DNA of 32,000 nt from Pasteurella multocida. GTDB taxonomy: Bacteria > Pseudomonadota > Gammaproteobacteria > Enterobacterales > Pasteurellaceae. Shown here one piece after another: positions 17,379 through 27,474 of this stretch. The DNA is taken from assembly GCF_900187275.1 (NCBI RefSeq), contig NZ_LT906458.1:780001-812000 (forward strand), written 5' to 3'. How positions within the stretch are numbered: the stretch's first letter is position 1; every line of letters starts with the position of its first letter. A program made the position numbers and the translations under genes. The notes beneath the pieces are model-generated. The model saw only the letters and a program-made list of their open reading frames with translations, had not been told where the DNA came from and did not search any database.

Positions 17379-19094
17379 GTGAAAAAATGCAGTTCATTTT
17401 TAAAAATGTTTATTTTATTACTCAGCTTCATGCCAGCGCTTGTTTATGCACAGCAATGGAAAATTGGTGTTCTGGCACAACGAGGTGTGGCACATACGCA
17501 CGCTACTTGGCAACCTTGGATAGATTGGCTTAACCAACACCTCTCACCTCATCAATTCACCTTAGTTACCTTAGATCTTAACGATCTAATACAAGATCAG
17601 GCGCAAGGCGTCGATTTTATTTTATCCAATCAAGCACAGTTTTTTTATTTAAACAATAATGAAGTACGTTGGCTGGTAACTTTACGTTCACCAAGGCAAA
17701 TTCAATCTTCTACCATGGGCAGAATTGGTAGTGCGATTTTAGTTCGTCAAGACAGCCCATTCCACCAGCTTACTGATTTACGCCACAAAACCGTGAGTGC
17801 AGTAGGTGATAATGCCTTCGGCAGCTTTCTACTGGGCTATAACGAATTCTATCAACAAGGTTTAGTCGAAAATAAAGACTTTCAATTAAAATTTACGGGT
17901 TTCCCTGTGGATAATACCTTGCTACTGCTGCAAGAAAGAAAAGTTGACGCGGCGATTGTGCCGGTGTGTATTTTAGAAGAATTAGTCAACGAAGGTGTGG
18001 TGAAAAAAGAAGATTTTCGACTCTTAGCCGGCAAAGAAAATGTGTTAGGTTGTCTCGCTAGCACGGAATTGCTGCCAAACTGGTCTTTAGCAGCACTTTC
18101 ACAAGTACCAGATAGTCTTGCATCAAAATTGGTCACACTTTTATTAAGTCAAGTGCCTGCACATTTACCACAATGGACACCGCCTTATTCTACCTCACAA
18201 GCCGATACTGTGTTACGAGGATTATACAAACACCCACAACAAAACTTATGGGACAGTACAAAATATTGGCTACAACAATATCAAGGTTGGATTATTTTTG
18301 TTCTCTTATTACTTGTCTTAAATTATCTGTGGATTAGCTTTCAAATTCATCGTAAAAGCAAAGCGTTGCAACAAGCTTATCGAGAAATGCGACACTATGA
18401 ACAGCAATTAGTACAAGCTGATCGGCTAAGCATTTTAGGCGAAATGAGTACAGGCATTGCCCATGAAATTAATCAACCTTTATCCGCCATCCGTATGTAT
18501 GTCGAAGGGGTGAAATACCATTTAGCACAGCTGCCTGCCGAAAAAAATACAGTTGAAATTTTAGATAAGGTATTACAACAAGTTGATCGCAGTGCAGATA
18601 TTATCCGTAATTTAATGAATTGGGCAAAAGGCAAAAAAACACCAAGTTCTGAGTGTGTGGCACTCAAGCCCTTACTACAACGTGTAATCAGCTTTATGTC
18701 TTTACAAACACATCAGAAATCCCAATTAAACTTGAATTGTCCAGCCTCGTTAAAACTCAAAATTGATACGACTTTACTCGAACAAGTTTTGTGTAACTGC
18801 TTGCTTAATGCTTCACAAGCGGGAGCAAGTGAGATCGAGGTGAACGTGAAAGCCGTGGGCGAATACATGACTATTCATATTGTTGATAATGGTTCAGGCT
18901 TCAAAGCTGGCGAACTTGCTTTTCCATTTGTCCCTTTTCGCAGTAGTAAAGCGAATGGGCTAGGTTTAGGTCTGGTACTATGTCAACGATTAATGCGTTC
19001 GATTAATGGTGACATTTCTTTGCATAACCGCCTTGATCAACAAGGAGCGGAAGTGATTTTAAAATTACCAAATAAAGTGGGGGAAACATGTTAA
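17379..19094 (+). CDS. ttrS: Tetrathionate sensor histidine kinase
   Basis: Signal peptide, PhnD-like periplasmic binding region (WKIGVLAQRGVAHTHATWQPWIDWLNQHL...), TM segment, H-box HEINQPLSAIRMYVEG, ATPase motifs DNGSGF and GLGLGL. The track ORF begins at GTG 17340; GTG 17379 (VKKCSSFLKMFILLLSF...) follows AGGAAG and starts a normal signal peptide. Confidence 0.9.
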   Translation: MKKCSSFLKMFILLLSFMPALVYAQQWKIGVLAQRGVAHTHATWQPWIDWLNQHLSPHQFTLVTLDLNDLIQDQAQGVDFILSNQAQFFYLNNNEVRWLVTLRSPRQIQSSTMGRIGSAILVRQDSPFHQLTDLRHKTVSAVGDNAFGSFLLGYNEFYQQGLVENKDFQLKFTGFPVDNTLLLLQERKVDAAIVPVCILEELVNEGVVKKEDFRLLAGKENVLGCLASTELLPNWSLAALSQVPDSLASKLVTLLLSQVPAHLPQWTPPYSTSQADTVLRGLYKHPQQNLWDSTKYWLQQYQGWIIFVLLLLVLNYLWISFQIHRKSKALQQAYREMRHYEQQLVQADRLSILGEMSTGIAHEINQPLSAIRMYVEGVKYHLAQLPAEKNTVEILDKVLQQVDRSADIIRNLMNWAKGKKTPSSECVALKPLLQRVISFMSLQTHQKSQLNLNCPASLKLKIDTTLLEQVLCNCLLNASQAGASEIEVNVKAVGEYMTIHIVDNGSGFKAGELAFPFVPFRSSKANGLGLGLVLCQRLMRSINGDISLHNRLDQQGAEVILKLPNKVGETC

Positions 19095-19666
19095 TTCATC
19101 TGGTTGATGATGACTTAACCGTTTTGGATGCAGCGCGTTTTTTATTAGAACAAGCTGGCTATCAAGTCCAAACATGGTCAAATAGCCAAGCCTTTGTGAA
19201 TAAAGCACCGCTGTTTGAACCAGGTGTCGTATTACTGGATATGAAAATGTCATTACTTGACGGTCATCAAGTACATCAATTTTTATGCCAACAACAAAGT
19301 ACGCTTGCAGTAGTGATTATGACAGCACATGCCGATGTGCCCATGGCGGTGCAAGAACTCAAACAAGGTGCGGTAGATTTTTTACAAAAACCTGTTCAAT
19401 TTTCGCAATTACAATCTGTATTAAAAACCGCAACACAAACCACGCAATCACATTACGAACGCTATAAGATTCGACATTGTTATGCCCAGTTAAGTCGAAA
19501 AGAATTGGATATTTTGGCATTGTTAATTCAAGGCTGTATTAATCGGCAAATTGCTGAAGCCTTAAATATTTCTGTGCGTACTGTGGAAGTGCATCGCTCA
19601 CATATTATGGAAAAAATGCAAGCGCAAACTATTGCTGAATTGATCTATAAAACCGCTCAACTCTAA
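19088..19666 (+). CDS. ttrR: Tetrathionate response regulator (receiver plus LuxR-type HTH)
   Basis: IHLVDDD N-terminus, phospho-acceptor region VVLLDMKM, K in FLQKP, HTH INRQIAEALNISVRTVEVHRSHIMEKM. 7-nt overlap with ttrS. Confidence 0.92.
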   Translation: MLIHLVDDDLTVLDAARFLLEQAGYQVQTWSNSQAFVNKAPLFEPGVVLLDMKMSLLDGHQVHQFLCQQQSTLAVVIMTAHADVPMAVQELKQGAVDFLQKPVQFSQLQSVLKTATQTTQSHYERYKIRHCYAQLSRKELDILALLIQGCINRQIAEALNISVRTVEVHRSHIMEKMQAQTIAELIYKTAQL

Positions 19667-19672
19667 CAAAAC

Positions 19673-19692
19673 AGCAGAGGTTTACCTCTGCT
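19673..19692 (-). terminator. Hairpin between convergent ttrR and dapB
   Basis: AGCAGAGG-TTTA-CCTCTGCT, followed on the minus strand by GTTTTGTT. Confidence 0.7.
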
Positions 19693-19700
19693 GAATTCGG

Positions 19701-20540
<840 letters not shown>

Positions 20541-20567
20541 CTATATGAAATGACCACCACAATGGCA

Positions 20568-21212
20568 TCATTTCGAGATAAGTGGGGTCATTTCCCCGAT
20601 ACCACTATACATTAAATACACACCAAACAGCAGAAAAATCACGCCTGAAAGATGATCAATATATCGACTATATTGACTATAAAACTGCTTTGCCTGTTGA
20701 CGTGAAAAAACAATTGAAATGGCATAAAAATACAAGAAAGTTTCTAATACAATGATCAAAAGTGCGCTCCAGATCTGCCATGTTTGGGTTAAATTAACTA
20801 AAACCAAAGACATCACACTAGCAAAGTAAATCACCGCCTTAGCATTAGATAAATTCACTAAAAGCCCTTTGGTGATTTCTTTTTTGATGCTGGTCTGTTT
20901 ATTTTGTTCTTGTTCAGAAACTGGCTCGAAAACCACATTTTGTTGACTTTTTAACATAAGGTAACCCAAGTAAGCTAAATACCCACCGCCTAAAGTCATG
21001 ACTAATCCCTGTAAAACAGGAACCGTATTAAATAATATGGCTAAACCTAAAATAGAGGCTAATGCCCAAAACAACACCCCTAACGTAATACCAATCACGG
21101 CACAAAGTGCATTACGACGTGAATTACTGGCAGCTAATCGACTGACATAAAAAAAGTCGGGTCCTGGCGTGATTAAACCGAAAAAATGTACAATAATAAG
21201 ATTTAACATCAC
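20568..21212 (-). CDS. LysE/RhtB family amino-acid exporter
   Basis: LITPGPDFFYVSRLAASNSRRNALCAVIGITLG is the family signature; polytopic protein. Confidence 0.9.
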   Translation of the reverse strand: MMLNLIIVHFFGLITPGPDFFYVSRLAASNSRRNALCAVIGITLGVLFWALASILGLAILFNTVPVLQGLVMTLGGGYLAYLGYLMLKSQQNVVFEPVSEQEQNKQTSIKKEITKGLLVNLSNAKAVIYFASVMSLVLVNLTQTWQIWSALLIIVLETFLYFYAISIVFSRQQAKQFYSQYSRYIDHLSGVIFLLFGVYLMYSGIGEMTPLISK

Positions 21213-21217
21213 TTATC

Positions 21218-21703
21218 CTAAAACCAGAGACGTAAAATAAAAATCACCAATACTGCATAAATTGCCGCAAGTATATCATCTAACATAATGCCAAACCCGC
21301 TTTCTAATTTATGATCAAAATAGCGTATTGGATAAGGTTTGAGAATATCAAAGAAACGAAACAGAACAAACGCAGTCAGACACCAGAAAGGCGATAAGTT
21401 GGGAAGTGAGAGCAAGACAACGAAAATCCCCACAATTTCATCCCAAACAATCGCCCCATGATCATGCACTCCCATGTCTTCTGCGGTTTTCTGGCAAAGA
21501 TAACACCCTAGAGCAAAACAAAGTGCGGTGAAAAGAAAGAAAAAACTGAGGTTCAAGTACTGTAATAATCCCCACCCAAGCATTAAACCAACCATACTCC
21601 CCCATGTTCCCGGTGCAGGACGAATCAACCCGGCGCCAAAGCCGAGGGCGAGAAAATGAATGGGATTGCTTAATTTAAGCTGTTGAAGCGGGGTTTTTAG
21701 CAT
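21218..21703 (-). CDS. pgpA: Phosphatidylglycerophosphatase A
   Basis: FGAGLIRPAPGTWGSMVG..., DEIVGIFV; position beside thiL. Confidence 0.95.
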   Translation of the reverse strand: MLKTPLQQLKLSNPIHFLALGFGAGLIRPAPGTWGSMVGLMLGWGLLQYLNLSFFFLFTALCFALGCYLCQKTAEDMGVHDHGAIVWDEIVGIFVVLLSLPNLSPFWCLTAFVLFRFFDILKPYPIRYFDHKLESGFGIMLDDILAAIYAVLVIFILRLWF

Positions 21704-21712
21704 AAGCTCATC

Positions 21713-22705
21713 TTATTTGAAATGATCAAAACCCGATTGAATAGTGATATCAATCGGATTTCCATCGCGTTGAAATTTGATACGTTTTTTATTCTGTGGA
21801 CTAATCGCGCGAACTTGTCCAACACAAGTATAATCCACGCCGATATAAGCTAACGCACGCTCTAATTTCGCTTTATTACTGTCGGGTACCGTAAAACAAA
21901 GCTCATAATCCTCACCACCACTTAACGCAAAGGTCTCTGCTTGTTCGACACCAAAAACATTCACTAAAGAAGAAGAAAGCGGTAATTTATCCAACTCAAT
22001 CACCGCACCACATTGGCTACGTGTAAGAATATGATCTAAATCGGCCAAAAAACCATCTGAGATATCAATTGCCGCATTGGCTAAAGAAGAGACAGCTAAT
22101 TCTAAACCGAGTAAAACACGCGGTGTAGGACGAAGATGACGTTGGATAAGAAATTCATGATCGGAGTTAAGTGGTGTCTGCTGACTTAACAATAACGATA
22201 AACCGGCTGCACTGTCACCTAAGGTACCAGAAACATAGATCCAATCCCCCACGCTCGCACTATGACGACATAAACCTTTTCCTTTCGGAATAATGCCATG
22301 TGCGGTTATCGTCACAGACAAGGGACCTTTCGTGGTATCTCCACCGATTAAATCCACATTATAGTGATCTAACACATCAAAAAAACTTTGACTAAAATCA
22401 CTTAACCACTGAGCATCGACATCGGGTAAAGTTAACGCCAACGAAACCCAAGCCGGCTCAGCGCCCATGGCAGCAAGATCACTTAAATTCGTGACAGCGG
22501 CTTTATAAGCTAAATCTGCTGCATGCATACTCGGTAGAAAATGTGTATTTTCTACCATAGTATCGGTTGTAATGACTAAACGTTGATTTTGACGTAATTC
22601 TGTAATGGCACAATCGTCCCCAATAGACAAAATCACATCTTTACGCGCGGTGCGTTTTGACGCGGTGAAATAACGTTGAATTATGTCAAATTCGCCATGA
22701 CTCAT
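21713..22705 (-). CDS. thiL: Thiamine-monophosphate kinase
   Basis: IIQRYF...SIGDDCAI, ITTDTMVENTHFL, GGDTTKGPLSVTITAHG, AIDISDGFLADL. Confidence 0.97.
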   Translation of the reverse strand: MSHGEFDIIQRYFTASKRTARKDVILSIGDDCAITELRQNQRLVITTDTMVENTHFLPSMHAADLAYKAAVTNLSDLAAMGAEPAWVSLALTLPDVDAQWLSDFSQSFFDVLDHYNVDLIGGDTTKGPLSVTITAHGIIPKGKGLCRHSASVGDWIYVSGTLGDSAAGLSLLLSQQTPLNSDHEFLIQRHLRPTPRVLLGLELAVSSLANAAIDISDGFLADLDHILTRSQCGAVIELDKLPLSSSLVNVFGVEQAETFALSGGEDYELCFTVPDSNKAKLERALAYIGVDYTCVGQVRAISPQNKKRIKFQRDGNPIDITIQSGFDHFK

Positions 22706-22721
22706 TCTTCACCTATGCTAC

Positions 22722-23156
22722 TTATTTGCGTGATAACACCGGTGCGACTTTATCTAATACGCCATTGACATATTTATGACTGTCTTCTGCACCAAATACT
22801 TTTGCCACTTCAATTGCTTCATTAATAACAACCTTATAGGGCACGTCTAATTCAAATTTAAGCTCATAGACCGCAAGGCGTAAAATGGCTTTTTCAATCG
22901 GATCAAGTTCACTGACCTCACGATCCAAATACGGCATCATAATATTATCTACTGCATCGACATTTTCTGCGGTTTGGCGGAAAAGGCGACGGAAATAAGC
23001 TGTATCGACACCTTTTAAATCCTGTTCTGCCATAAAATTAAGCTCAATTTCCGCAGGGGAATTTTGTGACACATACCAAGAATATAACGCTTGTACTGCA
23101 CATTCTCTCGCACGACGACGTGGCGAGATTTTTTTCTCATGTTTTTGTTCTGTCAT
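22722..23156 (-). CDS. nusB: Transcription antitermination factor NusB
   Basis: [60 protein letters not shown]. Confidence 0.97.
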   Translation of the reverse strand: MTEQKHEKKISPRRRARECAVQALYSWYVSQNSPAEIELNFMAEQDLKGVDTAYFRRLFRQTAENVDAVDNIMMPYLDREVSELDPIEKAILRLAVYELKFELDVPYKVVINEAIEVAKVFGAEDSHKYVNGVLDKVAPVLSRK

Positions 23157-23161
23157 CTGAA

Positions 23162-23635
23162 TTACGCCGCGTCAATTTGCGCTAATAAATTTACCATTTC
23201 TAAAGCAACTAACGCAGCTTCCGCCCCTTTATTCCCCGCTTTGGTGCCAGCTCGCTCAATTGCTTGCTCAATGTTCTCTGTGGTTAATACACCAAACGCA
23301 ACGGGAATATCTGCATTCATTGCTACTTGACCTAATCCACTGCTAGCCTCACCCGCCACATACTCAAAATGCGCGGTGCCACCACGAATAACGGTTCCTA
23401 ATGCTACAATCCCATCGTATTTTTTACTTTCTGCTAAACGGCGAGCCACTAACGGTAATTCATACGCGCCCGGCACACGAACTAACGTAATATTTTCTTC
23501 TTTGACTTGTCCGAGACGTTTTAACGCATCTAATGCACCTTCAAGTAAACTTTCATTAATAAAGCTATTAAAGCGCGCAATCACGACCGCAATTTTGGCA
23601 TTTGGCGCTGCCACGGCACCTTCTAATACTTTCAT
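23162..23635 (-). CDS. ribH: 6,7-dimethyl-8-ribityllumazine synthase
   Basis: [52 protein letters not shown]. Confidence 0.97.
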   Translation of the reverse strand: MKVLEGAVAAPNAKIAVVIARFNSFINESLLEGALDALKRLGQVKEENITLVRVPGAYELPLVARRLAESKKYDGIVALGTVIRGGTAHFEYVAGEASSGLGQVAMNADIPVAFGVLTTENIEQAIERAGTKAGNKGAEAALVALEMVNLLAQIDAA

Positions 23636-23749
23636 ATTCTTTCCTAATCTAAAATTAATGGGTAAAATCGGTTGCGAATTTTAGCATAAAATTTTTCTTC
23701 GTTCAGTAGTTATCTTTCTATTGAGTGTCATCCTATTTAAACAAGCAGC

Positions 23750-23786
23750 TGTAAAATAATAATAACACTGTAAAAAAATGGTTACA
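23750..23786 (+). promoter_or_regulatory. Tandem TyrR-box-like sites upstream of the tyrP-like gene
   Basis: TGTAAA-N6-ATAACA (23750-23767) and TGTAAA-N6-GTTACA (23769-23786), compared with consensus TGTAAA-N6-TTTACA. Confidence 0.6.
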
Positions 23787-23849
23787 TTCAGTGTTTTTTT
23801 CCGTTAGAATGCGGTTTGCTTATTCATTTACGTTTTTTGAGAGTAATTT

Positions 23850-25061
23850 ATGAAAAATAAAACCTTTGGAAGCGCATTATTAGTTGCGGGAACCACCATC
23901 GGTGCCGGCATGCTTGCTATGCCATTAACCTCGGCCGAAATGGGCTTTACTTACACGTTAATTCTATTATTTATCCTATGGGGACTGCTCTCTTATAGTG
24001 CGTTACTTTTTGTTGAAGTTTACCAAAAAGCAGAAACCAAAAATGCCGGAATCGCTACCCTTGCGGAACAATATTTTGGCTTACCGGGACGTATTTTAGC
24101 TACCTTGTCACTTGTCGTTTTTATGTACGCGATTTTATCAGCTTATGTCACAGGGGGCGGTTCACTTTTAGCCGGTGTCCTTCCTTTTTTAGGTGAGCAT
24201 GCCACACCAATTTCTATCGTTTCTTTCACGATTGTCCTTGGGGTATTTATTGTGATCAGTACAGGCGCAGTAGATATGCTCACACGCTTCCTATTTATGA
24301 TTAAGTTAGTGGCTTTTGTGTTTGTCTTATTGATGATGTTACCTTTGGTCAATGGCGATAACTTACTGGCAATGCCATTAAAAGATTTTTTAATTATTTC
24401 TGCCAGTCCCGTATTTTTTACCTCTTTTGGTTTCCATGTCATCATTCCAAGTATTAACAGCTATTTAGACGGCAATATTCGTCGTTTACGTATTGCAATT
24501 ATTACGGGGACAGCGATTCCTTTAGTGGCTTACATTATTTGGCAATTAGCCACTCATGGTGTTTTCCCACAAGCCCAGTTCGTACAAATTTTAAATACTG
24601 ACCCTACTTTAAATGGTTTAATCACGGCAACTTACCAAGCCACAGAAAGCGCTATTATCAGCCATGCGATGCGTTTATTCTTTACCTTAGCACTGATTAC
24701 TTCTTTCTTAGGTGTCGCGTTATCTTTATTCGATTGTTTATACGATTTACTTAAACGAGTAAAAATCAAAACAAACCGTGTGTCGCTAGGTTTACTTACC
24801 TTCTTACCCCCATTAATTTTTGCGTTGTTCTACCCTGAGGGTTTTGTCATGGCATTAGGTTATGCGGGGCAAATGTTTACCTTTTACGGTTTAGTATTAC
24901 CTGTTGGCATGGCATGGCGTGCTAGAAAACGTTATCCGGATCTACCATATCGTGTCATGGGAGGCAACCTTACCTTATTCGGTGCCTTAATCTTAGGTAT
25001 CTTGATTATGAATGTGCCTTTCTTAATCAAAGCTGGTTATCTCCCTGCTGTTATTGGTTAA
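23850..25061 (+). CDS. tyrP: Aromatic amino acid (tyrosine-specific) permease, TyrP-like
   Basis: MKNKTFGSALLVAGTTIGAGMLAMPLTSAEMGF, the ArAAP/HAAAP family signature; 403 aa polytopic protein; upstream TyrR-like boxes. Confidence 0.85.
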   Translation: MKNKTFGSALLVAGTTIGAGMLAMPLTSAEMGFTYTLILLFILWGLLSYSALLFVEVYQKAETKNAGIATLAEQYFGLPGRILATLSLVVFMYAILSAYVTGGGSLLAGVLPFLGEHATPISIVSFTIVLGVFIVISTGAVDMLTRFLFMIKLVAFVFVLLMMLPLVNGDNLLAMPLKDFLIISASPVFFTSFGFHVIIPSINSYLDGNIRRLRIAIITGTAIPLVAYIIWQLATHGVFPQAQFVQILNTDPTLNGLITATYQATESAIISHAMRLFFTLALITSFLGVALSLFDCLYDLLKRVKIKTNRVSLGLLTFLPPLIFALFYPEGFVMALGYAGQMFTFYGLVLPVGMAWRARKRYPDLPYRVMGGNLTLFGALILGILIMNVPFLIKAGYLPAVIG

Positions 25062-25080
25062 TTCACATAAGCAATCACAT

Positions 25081-25117
25081 AAGTGAAAGGCGAACCATTG
25101 AGGTTCGCCTTTTACTT
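25081..25117. terminator. Bidirectional terminator between convergent tyrP-like and nitroreductase genes
   Basis: AAGTGAAAGGCGAACC-ATTGA-GGTTCGCCTTTTACTT, a 16-bp stem with one G-U pair. Confidence 0.85.
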
Positions 25118-25779
25118 TATTTCAACCAAGTTGTTATTTCCGTTAAAGGCTTACGTGATTTTGCTTTGACTTCTTTCGCTCGATAACCAAATGTTACCGC
25201 GACAGACACACCATATTCATTCGGATCAAATGCACCGGTTTGACTCAATAATTGATTCACTGCGCAATAATCAAACCCTTCGACAGGACAAGAATCAATA
25301 CCTATCATTGCTGCCCCTGTCATCATGTTGGCGAGGGCAATATAGGTTTGTTTACACGCCCAATCAAATAAAGTCCGCTCATTGTCTAATACTTGAATAT
25401 CATCACGCTGAAAACGTTCATAAATGGCAAGGGCTTTTTGCATCTGTGTTTCTGTTAATCCACGTTTAGCGAGAATATCGTGGAAATAAGGCGAATCATA
25501 GCGGGCATTCTTTTTCGCTAAAATAAAGACAAGGTAACTGGCGTCGTCTAATTGCGTTTGCATTCCCCAACTGACTGCTTTTAATTGCTCACGTAACTGA
25601 CGATCTTGTACTACCAGAAAATGCCACGGTTCTGATCCAACGGAACTTGGCGATAAACGGCCTAATTCAAGAATATAGTGAAAATCCTCTTCGCTGACTT
25701 TTTTATTTGGATCATAACGGCGTATTGCACTACGGAAATGAAACGCACTCAGGACTTGTTGTTTCGTGTGTTGGCTCAT
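25117..25779 (-). CDS. NAD(P)H-dependent nitroreductase family protein (NfsB-like)
   Basis: FHFRSAIRRYDPNKKVSEEDFHYILELGRLSPSSVGSEPWHFLVV is characteristic of FMN nitroreductases. Confidence 0.92.
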   Translation of the reverse strand: MSQHTKQQVLSAFHFRSAIRRYDPNKKVSEEDFHYILELGRLSPSSVGSEPWHFLVVQDRQLREQLKAVSWGMQTQLDDASYLVFILAKKNARYDSPYFHDILAKRGLTETQMQKALAIYERFQRDDIQVLDNERTLFDWACKQTYIALANMMTGAAMIGIDSCPVEGFDYCAVNQLLSQTGAFDPNEYGVSVAVTFGYRAKEVKAKSRKPLTEITTWLK

Positions 25780-25911
25780 GACATGACTCCTTAATCAATA
25801 ACCAAGAAAAACGTACTCGGATAGCACGCTAACAAGAAAAATCACAACTATCATAACATGCTTCTCCTTATCCTGCCGCAATCTTGCCTAAGTTAAAATT
25901 TTTCAGTTCGT

Positions 25912-25939
25912 CGAACATTTCCTCATTTTCTTTGTCTTA
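25912..25939 (+). promoter_or_regulatory. Possible sigmaE-type promoter upstream of htrA
   Basis: CGAACAT-N15-GTCTTA, compared with the GGAACTT-N15/16-GTCtaA type. Confidence 0.4.
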
Positions 25940-26000
25940 TGTGATACCTAAATCATTCGACTCGGTTTAGTGTGTTTGAAATTTATTGGAGAAAATAACA

Positions 26001-27380
26001 ATGAAAAAAAGACGTTTTCTATTAACAAGTATTGCACTCGGATTAAGCATTTTATCGACGCCGATGATAAGTCAAGCGTCCTTACCAACTCATGTTGACG
26101 GTCAGCAAGTACCTAGCCTCGCCCCCATGTTAGAAAAAGTCTTACCTGCGGTGGTTTCCATTTCTGTGGAAGGAAAAGCCAAGAATCATGGTGGTGTACC
26201 ATTTCAGGGGATTCCTGAAGAATTTCGCTTTTTCTTTGGTCCTGATGTTTTCAATGATCGTGCCCCACGTAATTTCCGTGGTATCGGTTCAGGCGTCATC
26301 ATTAACGCTGAAAAAGGTTATGTGTTAACGAATAATCACGTCATTGATAGTGCAGATAAAATCACCGTGCAGTTACAAGATGGTCGAGAGTTAAGCGCAA
26401 AAGTGATTGGTACTGATGAATTATCTGATGTTGCACTGATTCAAATTGAAAAACCCAAAAATTTGACCGCACTAACGATTGCTGATTCCGATAAACTCCG
26501 CGTTGGCGATTTTACTGTAGCTATTGGTAATCCTTTTGGCTTGGGACAAACCGTGACATCTGGTATCGTCTCTGCCTTAGGTCGTTCAACGGGTTCAGAT
26601 AACGGTACGTATGAAAACTATATCCAAACTGATGCCGCAGTAAACCGCGGAAATTCAGGAGGTCCTTTAATCAACCTACAAGGAGAGCTAATTGGTATTA
26701 ATACTGCAATTATTTCACCAAGTGGGGGAAATGCCGGCATTGCTTTTGCAATTCCAAGTAATATGGCAAATAACTTAGTACAACAAATTTTAGAATTCGG
26801 TGAAGTACGTCGTGGCATGCTAGGCATTAAAGGCGGTGAGCTCAACGCGGATCTGGCGAAAGCTTTTGATATTGAAGCTCAACAAGGGGCATTTGTAAGT
26901 GAAGTCTTGCCTAATTCTGCAGCAGAAAAAGCCGGTTTAAAAGCAGGTGATGTCATTGTCGCGATGAATGGTCAGAAAATTTCCAGTTTTGCTGAAATGC
27001 GAGCGAAGATCGCGACATCTGGTGCTGGGAAAGAAATTGCTCTCACCTATTTACGCGACGGTAAAACACATCAAACAAAAGTCACATTACAATCAGATGA
27101 TCAGACTCAAGCCGATGCAAGTCACTTATTACCGGCATTAGCTGGGGCTGAGATGAGCAATCATGATGATAAAGGCGTCAAAGGCGTACTCATCACGAGT
27201 GTGACCCCTAAATCGCTTGCAGAACAACGTGGTTTGAAAAAGGGCGATGTCATTATTGGAGTGAACCGTCAAAAAGTAGAAAATTTAGGTCAACTGCGTA
27301 AAATTTTAGATGCAAAACCTTCGGCGATTGCTCTAAATATTGTGCGTGGCAATACGAATTTCTATCTTCTTATTCAATAA
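26001..27380 (+). CDS. htrA: Periplasmic serine protease/chaperone of the Do (DegP/HtrA) family
   Basis: Signal peptide MKKRRFLLTSIALGLSILSTPMISQA; catalytic TNNHVID, DVALIQ and GNSGGPL; two PDZ domains. The track ORF begins at TTG 25986, but its GGAG looks like the Shine-Dalgarno for ATG 26001. Confidence 0.95.
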   Translation: MKKRRFLLTSIALGLSILSTPMISQASLPTHVDGQQVPSLAPMLEKVLPAVVSISVEGKAKNHGGVPFQGIPEEFRFFFGPDVFNDRAPRNFRGIGSGVIINAEKGYVLTNNHVIDSADKITVQLQDGRELSAKVIGTDELSDVALIQIEKPKNLTALTIADSDKLRVGDFTVAIGNPFGLGQTVTSGIVSALGRSTGSDNGTYENYIQTDAAVNRGNSGGPLINLQGELIGINTAIISPSGGNAGIAFAIPSNMANNLVQQILEFGEVRRGMLGIKGGELNADLAKAFDIEAQQGAFVSEVLPNSAAEKAGLKAGDVIVAMNGQKISSFAEMRAKIATSGAGKEIALTYLRDGKTHQTKVTLQSDDQTQADASHLLPALAGAEMSNHDDKGVKGVLITSVTPKSLAEQRGLKKGDVIIGVNRQKVENLGQLRKILDAKPSAIALNIVRGNTNFYLLIQ

Positions 27381-27399
27381 CTCCAGTACAAAATAAATC

Positions 27400-27422
27400 A
27401 GGGGATACACAATGTATCCCCT
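27400..27422 (+). terminator. Terminator after htrA
   Basis: AGGGGATAC-ACAAT-GTATCCCCT followed by CTATTTTT. Confidence 0.85.
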
Positions 27423-27474
27423 CTATTTTTAGCGTGCGAAAAAACGAAAAAAGTCACCGCACTTTTACCAATAA

